A stretch of DNA of 39,642 nt. Source: a virus. Numbering within the stretch: position 1 is the stretch's first letter; every line of letters begins with the position of its first letter. The DNA lies in the IMG/VR virus record IMGVR_UViG_3300021255_000026; one strand, 5' to 3'. Under the pieces are notes generated by a model that made no database searches, was not told the DNA's origin, and worked only from the letters and a program-made list of their open reading frames with translations. Shown one piece after another: positions 34,748 to 39,642 of the stretch. The translations under genes and the position numbers were made by a program.

Positions 34748-35905
34748 ATGCCCGGACAACACGCATTATTAAGCCCAAGCGCGGCCCACAGGTGGATTAA
34801 TTGCACCGCCGCGCCACGTCTCGAAGAGAAAGCCGAGGATCGAGGTAGCAGTTACGCCGAAGAGGGTACGTTAGCCCACGCGTATTGCGCCCTGAAACTC
34901 AAAAGATTTTTGGGCCTACCTACCAATGAGGAACAGGCCGAGATCGACGAACTCAACGAGAAGTACCACACCGGCGAAATGGACGAGTACACGGACACGT
35001 ACGCCACGATCGTAATTGAGAAGTACAACGCCGCCAGAGCAAGGACAAAGGACGCGTTACTTTTGGTTGAGGTACGGTTAGATTTTTCCCGTTACGTCCC
35101 GGAGGCTTTCGGAACCGCCGACGCGGTAATTATCGCTGATGGTTGTATCGACGTTATCGATTTTAAGTACGGAAAAGGCGTTAAGGTATCAGCGTACCAA
35201 AATCCACAAATGAAGATATACGGTATCGGAGCCTACGACGCGTTTAGTTTCGAGTACAATATTAACCGCGTACGCCTCACGATCATACAGCCGCGTATCG
35301 ATAATCTTTCGGAGTTTGAGATCACAGCCGAGGATCTGAATAGTTGGGCGGAAACAACACTAAAGCCGGCCGCCGTTGAGGCTTTCGGAGCCAACGGAAA
35401 ACAGAAGCCCGGCGAATGGTGTCAATTCTGCAAAGTGAAATACAGTTGCAAGGCGTTGGCCGCTACGTGCATAAAAGCAGCCGCCGACAATCCGGATCCG
35501 AAGTTGGTAACAGCCGAGGAAATGGCCCAGAACGTATTACCAAAGATCGCCACGATCAAGACGTGGTTAGCCGGTATCGAAGAGTATGCGTTACAACAGG
35601 CGTTGGCCGGCGTTGAGTACAAAGGTTTTAAGATCGTCGAGGGCCGAAGCGTCCGGAAGATCATTAACCCGGAGGCCGTGGCCGATACTCTAAACGCCAA
35701 TTTCTTTAAGGCCGACGATTATATGAAACCACGCGAATTGCGCAGTATCGGAGATCTCGAAAAGTTGGTTGGTAAAAAGCACTTTACCGAACTTTGCGGC
35801 CAATGGATCGACAAGCCACAGGGTAAGCCAACGTTAGTGCCTGACAGCGACAAACGCCCGGCGTTTAACAGCGCGGCCGAAGATTTTAACGGTATCGACG
35901 TATGA
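34748..35905 (+). CDS. PD-(D/E)xK exonuclease with a Cas4-like Cys cluster (DUF2800-like)
   Basis: The N terminus is HALLSPSAAHRWINC. The nuclease motif is ADAVII...VIDFKYGKG, and the Cys cluster is CQFCKVKYSC (CxxCx5C). Confidence 0.8.
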   Translation: MPGQHALLSPSAAHRWINCTAAPRLEEKAEDRGSSYAEEGTLAHAYCALKLKRFLGLPTNEEQAEIDELNEKYHTGEMDEYTDTYATIVIEKYNAARARTKDALLLVEVRLDFSRYVPEAFGTADAVIIADGCIDVIDFKYGKGVKVSAYQNPQMKIYGIGAYDAFSFEYNINRVRLTIIQPRIDNLSEFEITAEDLNSWAETTLKPAAVEAFGANGKQKPGEWCQFCKVKYSCKALAATCIKAAADNPDPKLVTAEEMAQNVLPKIATIKTWLAGIEEYALQQALAGVEYKGFKIVEGRSVRKIINPEAVADTLNANFFKADDYMKPRELRSIGDLEKLVGKKHFTELCGQWIDKPQGKPTLVPDSDKRPAFNSAAEDFNGIDV

Positions 35906-36030
35906 GCAAGGATATTAAACTAAGAATGTGGGCGGAGGCGTTGCGAGGCATTATTAAAGAGTACCCCGGTAGAACGGTGGAGAATGTTTTAAACAACATC
36001 GAGGCCCGGTTAGAGATAAGTAATAATTAA
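35902..36030 (+). CDS. Small hypothetical ORF (42 aa)
   Basis: Hand translation gives MSKDIKLRMWAEALRGIIKEYPGRTVENVLNNIEARLEISNN. Its start overlaps the upstream stop (ATGA). Confidence 0.3.
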   Translation: MSKDIKLRMWAEALRGIIKEYPGRTVENVLNNIEARLEISNN

Positions 36031-36058
36031 CGTTTCACAAAATTAAAAATTTAAGATT

Positions 36059-36619
36059 ATGATTAAGCCAATCGTAAAAGAAACTAAGGTGGTGTTTGGC
36101 CCGTGCAGGCTTTCGTACACCCACGTATTTAACAAGTACAACCCCGACGGCCCGGAATCAGAGGGCAAGTTTATGACAAACGTACTGATCCCTAAATCGG
36201 AGAAAGAGACGATTAAGGCGATCCAGAGCGCGATCGAGGAAGCCAAGAAACAGGCGATCGTCGGCAAATGGGGAGGTAAGGAACCCAAAAAATTGGATAT
36301 GCCGTTACGTGACGGCGACGATAAGGAGGACGAGGTTTACGACGGACATTTCTTTGTCAACGCGAAGAGCAACACGCGCCCCGGTATCGTCGATAAGAAC
36401 AAAGTACCCATCGTTGACGAGGACGAGATTTATAGCGGCGTTTGGGCCATCATATCGGTAACGTTTTACGGTTACGAGGTATCGGGCAATCGCGGCGTTG
36501 CGTGCGGCCTCAACAACATTATGAAGTTTAAGGACGACGATCGTTTGGGCGGACGCGTATCGGCCGAGGCTGATTTTGAGGGCGTGGATCTGCCAGAGGA
36601 CGACGACGAAGATCTGTAA
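36059..36619 (+). CDS. ssDNA-binding protein (DUF2815-like)
   Basis: It lies between the DUF2800-like nuclease and PolA, and has an acidic C-terminal tail (DLPEDDDEDL). Confidence 0.65.
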   Translation: MIKPIVKETKVVFGPCRLSYTHVFNKYNPDGPESEGKFMTNVLIPKSEKETIKAIQSAIEEAKKQAIVGKWGGKEPKKLDMPLRDGDDKEDEVYDGHFFVNAKSNTRPGIVDKNKVPIVDEDEIYSGVWAIISVTFYGYEVSGNRGVACGLNNIMKFKDDDRLGGRVSAEADFEGVDLPEDDDEDL

Positions 36620-36708
36620 ATTGGGCTTTTCTTTCAGTCATACGATTAAATAGGACGCGCCGGGCGGCGTGGAAGATGTGCGCCGTCCGGCAATAAGTAA
36701 AACAGACT

Positions 36709-37083
36709 ATGAGCAAGAAAGAAGCAGAGCAACCCAAGCAAAGGGAAATCGAGATCGAGCCGGAGGCCGTGGCCGCCCAGATCGATAAAGCGATTGAGGA
36801 ACTAAAGGAGCAACGCGAAAAGATCCGTACCGAAAAAGGCCCGCTAAAGCGTACGACGTTTGAGGTATTGGAAGATAAGGGCCTGTTATCAGGCAACGCC
36901 CTATATAACGAGTATATCCAGATCGAGGCCAAACAATCCAAATTGTCGTCGGCCGAAAGAAAGATGATCGTACAGATCGTTTTAGAGGGTATGCGTCGCG
37001 CTTTCCATATCGAGATCGCTAAGATGGAACCGGAAAAGCCGGCGATCCCAAAGCGTAAGAGAACTAAGAAAACAAAAGAGTAA
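36709..37083 (+). CDS. Hypothetical protein
   Basis: A charged helical ORF whose stop abuts the polymerase start. Confidence 0.5.
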   Translation: MSKKEAEQPKQREIEIEPEAVAAQIDKAIEELKEQREKIRTEKGPLKRTTFEVLEDKGLLSGNALYNEYIQIEAKQSKLSSAERKMIVQIVLEGMRRAFHIEIAKMEPEKPAIPKRKRTKKTKE

Positions 37084-39032
37084 TGCGAGAAATCGGTATC
37101 GATATTGAGACGTACAGCAGTAACGATTTGGTTAATTGCGGAGTATATAAGTACGTGGAGGCCCCGGATTTTACGATCCTGTTGTTTGCTTACAACGTGG
37201 ACGGCGGCCCGGTGCAATGCGTTGACTTTGCAATGGGTGAAGAGTTACCGGGTGAGATCCGCGAGGCCCTGACAGATCCGGCCGTGCTTAAAACAGCGTT
37301 TAACGCGGCTTTTGAGCGTATTTGCATAAGCAAGTATTACGGATTTGATAAGCCAATGGATCCGAGCCAATGGAGTTGCACAATGGTATTGGCCGCCCGT
37401 ATGGGTTTGCCGTTATCGTTGGGCCAATGCGGCGAGGTTTTGAAGTTGGCCGAGGGCAAAATGACAGAGGGCAAAACGCTGATCCGGTATTTTAGTGTAC
37501 CGGGTAAGAACGGCCGCCATTTGCCAAGCGACGCGCCCGATCGTTGGGCCGTATTCAAACAATACAATATCCGAGACGTTGAAGTGGAGCAGGCGATCAG
37601 GGCAAAGGTAGCCAGATTAAAGCCGGCTGATTTTGACGAAGATCTGTACGTGGCCGATCAGGAAATTAACGACCGGGGCGTTATGATCGATCGGGTATTG
37701 GTTGACGCGGCCGCGCGTTTCGACGATGAATACAAGGCCGAATTACTCAAAGTGGCGCAGGATCTTACAGGGATGGAAAACCCCAACAGCCCGGCCCAGA
37801 TAAAGGAGTGGTTACACAGCGTTACAGGTTTCAGTATTCAGAGCCTCAACAAAAAGAATCTCGACGATCTCGACAAACAACTGATCTATTGGCCAAAGGC
37901 CCAACAGGTTTTGCAGATCCGGCGGGAAATGGGTAAGACCTCAAACAAAAAGTATCAGGCAATGCAGAAATGCGTTTGCGAAGATGGTAGGATCCACGGG
38001 CTTTTGCAGTTTTGCGGAGCCGCCCGTACGGGGCGTTGGGCCGGCCGTCTGGTGCAGGTGCAGAACCTACCACAGAACCACTTAGTAAGTTTGGATTACG
38101 CCCGTACTTTGGTACGCGCCGGCGATCTCGAAGAGTTTGAAATGAATTACGGGAACGTAACACAGGTACTTTCCGAGTTGATACGTACGGCGTTTATTGC
38201 CGCGCCCGGCCATACTTTCCACGTTTGCGATTTTTCGGCGATCGAGGCCCGCGTTATCGCGTGGTTAGCGTCCGAGGATTGGGTATTGGACGTATTCAGA
38301 TCCGGAGGCGATATTTATTGCGCCAACGCGTCTAAGATGTTCAAAGTACCCGTGGAGAAACACGGCCAAAACGCGGAGTTACGACCAAAGGGAAAGATCG
38401 CCACGTTGGCGTTAGGTTACGGCGGCGGCGTTTCCGCTTTGGAGGCAATGGGCGGCGCGAAATTAGGGCTAACAGAGGACGAGGAAAAAGAGATCGTTAA
38501 ACTTTGGCGCGACAGTAACCCGCGTATCGTTAAGATGTGGGCGATCATCGAAAAGGCCGCGATCACAGCGATACAGACCGGCCAGAGCGTTACGATCCAT
38601 CGTGGTATCGTGATCGGCCGCCGTTGGGGTATGCTGACAATTACGTTACCGTCCGGCCGTACGATCTGTTACCCACGCGCCGAAGTTGGCACAGAGTACA
38701 ACGACGGTTGGAGAGGCGACCACGATATTATCGAGTACGAGGGCCTGAATCAGACGACCAAGAAATGGGGAAAGATCAGGACGTACGGCGGAAAACTAAC
38801 GGAGAACATCGTACAGGCCGTTGCCCGTGATATATTGGGTATCGTTATATTGCGAGCCAAGAAAGAGGGCCTAAACGTCGTTTTCCATATCCACGACGAA
38901 ATTATTGTGGAGGCCACACCCGATCAAACGTTGGCCGACGTTGAGGCCCTGTTTAGCCGGCCGATTGATTGGTGCAGGGATCTACCACTAAAGGGAGCCG
39001 GTTATACGACACCCTATTATCTGAAAGATTAA
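37083..39032 (+). CDS. Family A DNA polymerase with a 3-prime-5-prime exonuclease domain
   Basis: Motifs are Exo I IGIDIETYS, motif A DFSAIEARVIAWL, motif B RPKGKIATLALGYGGG and motif C HIHDEIIVE. Confidence 0.9.
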   Translation: MREIGIDIETYSSNDLVNCGVYKYVEAPDFTILLFAYNVDGGPVQCVDFAMGEELPGEIREALTDPAVLKTAFNAAFERICISKYYGFDKPMDPSQWSCTMVLAARMGLPLSLGQCGEVLKLAEGKMTEGKTLIRYFSVPGKNGRHLPSDAPDRWAVFKQYNIRDVEVEQAIRAKVARLKPADFDEDLYVADQEINDRGVMIDRVLVDAAARFDDEYKAELLKVAQDLTGMENPNSPAQIKEWLHSVTGFSIQSLNKKNLDDLDKQLIYWPKAQQVLQIRREMGKTSNKKYQAMQKCVCEDGRIHGLLQFCGAARTGRWAGRLVQVQNLPQNHLVSLDYARTLVRAGDLEEFEMNYGNVTQVLSELIRTAFIAAPGHTFHVCDFSAIEARVIAWLASEDWVLDVFRSGGDIYCANASKMFKVPVEKHGQNAELRPKGKIATLALGYGGGVSALEAMGGAKLGLTEDEEKEIVKLWRDSNPRIVKMWAIIEKAAITAIQTGQSVTIHRGIVIGRRWGMLTITLPSGRTICYPRAEVGTEYNDGWRGDHDIIEYEGLNQTTKKWGKIRTYGGKLTENIVQAVARDILGIVILRAKKEGLNVVFHIHDEIIVEATPDQTLADVEALFSRPIDWCRDLPLKGAGYTTPYYLKD

Positions 39033-39054
39033 CACTATTCTAAAATTTTACGGT

Positions 39055-39318
39055 ATGAGAATTAACAGTATTTTTCGACGCGAAACGCGATTGGTTGAAG
39101 AGCAAAACGACCTAAACGCGTACGTTCAACAGATCGACAGCAACACAATACAGGCCGAGCCGTTGCCGACAATGTACGTTGCAAAGATCCAAACTAAAGT
39201 TACCCTGATTGGATGGGTAACGATCTGGTCAATGAGTTGCGATATTACAGACGGCGATACGCGCAACCATATAAACAACGAGGCAAAACAAATACTTAAA
39301 ATGTTTCAAGGCGTATGA
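39055..39318 (+). CDS. Hypothetical protein
   Basis: ORF only. Confidence 0.45.
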   Translation: MRINSIFRRETRLVEEQNDLNAYVQQIDSNTIQAEPLPTMYVAKIQTKVTLIGWVTIWSMSCDITDGDTRNHINNEAKQILKMFQGV

Positions 39319-39443
39319 ATGACGAACAAAAACAGTTAGTAAAGGGCGCGGCCGGTTGTTTCGGCGGTATCGTTGGATTTTTCACGATCCTTTGGGTGAT
39401 AGTGATCTGTATTAAGATCTTAGTATGGTTGATTAACTTTTAA
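39315..39443 (+). CDS. Small membrane protein (42 aa)
   Basis: Hand translation gives MNDEQKQLVKGAAGCFGGIVGFFTILWVIVICIKILVWLINF. It has an ATGA overlap with the upstream stop. Confidence 0.35.
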   Translation: MNDEQKQLVKGAAGCFGGIVGFFTILWVIVICIKILVWLINF

Positions 39444-39534
39444 TTCAAAGCATTATGGAAGTAAAGAAAATGGAACCCGGCCGAACAAGGCCACAGGTAA
39501 AAGAGCAATGGTTATTCCCGGAGTTTGAAGCACA

Positions 39535-39544
39535 GGGGGGGGGG
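39535..39544. repeat. G10 homopolymer at the contig junction
   Basis: Ten consecutive G. The left end of the window starts inside the same run (nine G). Confidence 0.9.
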
Positions 39545-39642
39545 ACGAAGTAAAAGAAGTAAAAAACAAGCGTAAGAGATCCAAGAAATGAAAGTAAAGG
39601 TTTGCCGTACTTGTATAGCGTATGATCCGGACGATGAAACGC
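39536..39642. repeat. Right copy of the 107-bp direct terminal overlap
   Basis: Identical to 1-107. Confidence 0.95.

Larger units (their letters stand above)
1..39535. mobile_element. Complete temperate phage genome (HK97-like head genes, long non-contractile tail module, integrase plus repressor), one unit length
   Basis: All phage modules are present. The window ends overlap exactly (1-107 equals 39536-39642). Confidence 0.85.

Noticed and set aside
36528-37217. 229-aa minus-strand ORF overlapping the SSB 3-prime end, ORF 36709-37083 and the polymerase start
   Set aside because: It overlaps three co-oriented + strand genes, including the Exo I motif of the polymerase. No motif was recognised, so it is probably an antisense artefact.
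39455-39560. The G10 tract as a phase-variation switch for the short ORF MEVKKMEPGRTRPQVKEQWLFPEFEAQGGGTK
   Set aside because: I translated the 9-G, 10-G and 11-G versions. All terminate within about 60 nt and none fuses to the downstream Cys-rich ORF, so a length change alters only a few C-terminal residues of a doubtful ORF.

Overview
The window is one complete temperate phage genome of about 39.5 kb. It is an HK97-fold, siphovirus-type phage. Bases 1-107 are repeated exactly at 39536-39642, so the contig closes on itself and the unit length is about 39,535 bp. Almost all genes lie on the + strand in standard modules. These are replication (39055 wrapping to 5182, plus 34748-39032), packaging (HNH, TerS, TerL; 4853-8507) and head (portal, protease, capsid; 8637-11962). 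They continue with connectors and tail (11989-26576, with a tape measure and a collagen-like fibre), lysis (29374-30887) and a minus-strand lysogeny block (integrase, lipoprotein, HTH repressor; 30969-33213). The lysogeny block faces a + strand early operon. The host is probably Bacteroidota. Three things support this: the start codons have no Shine-Dalgarno sequence and sit in A/T-rich contexts, the switch region carries TTTG / TAnnTTTG promoter motifs, and the integrase is of the Bacteroidota type. The main accessory system is a complete diversity-generating retroelement (DGR) at 26598-29233. It comprises a tail-module target gene with a C-terminal variable repeat (VR), an Avd-like gene, a template repeat (TR) and a reverse transcriptase. 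All 17 TR/VR substitutions fall on TR adenines, and a GAAA-tetraloop hairpin lies downstream of the VR. Other items of interest are an iteron cluster that may be the replication origin, a face-to-face promoter switch with 15-bp operator-like repeats, and a -1 frameshift site in the tail chaperone genes. There is also a u-spanin-like lysis gene, a lysogeny-module lipoprotein, a tandemly duplicated collagen-like fibre and apparent GATC enrichment. All functional calls come from motifs read by eye in the supplied translations. No database search was run.
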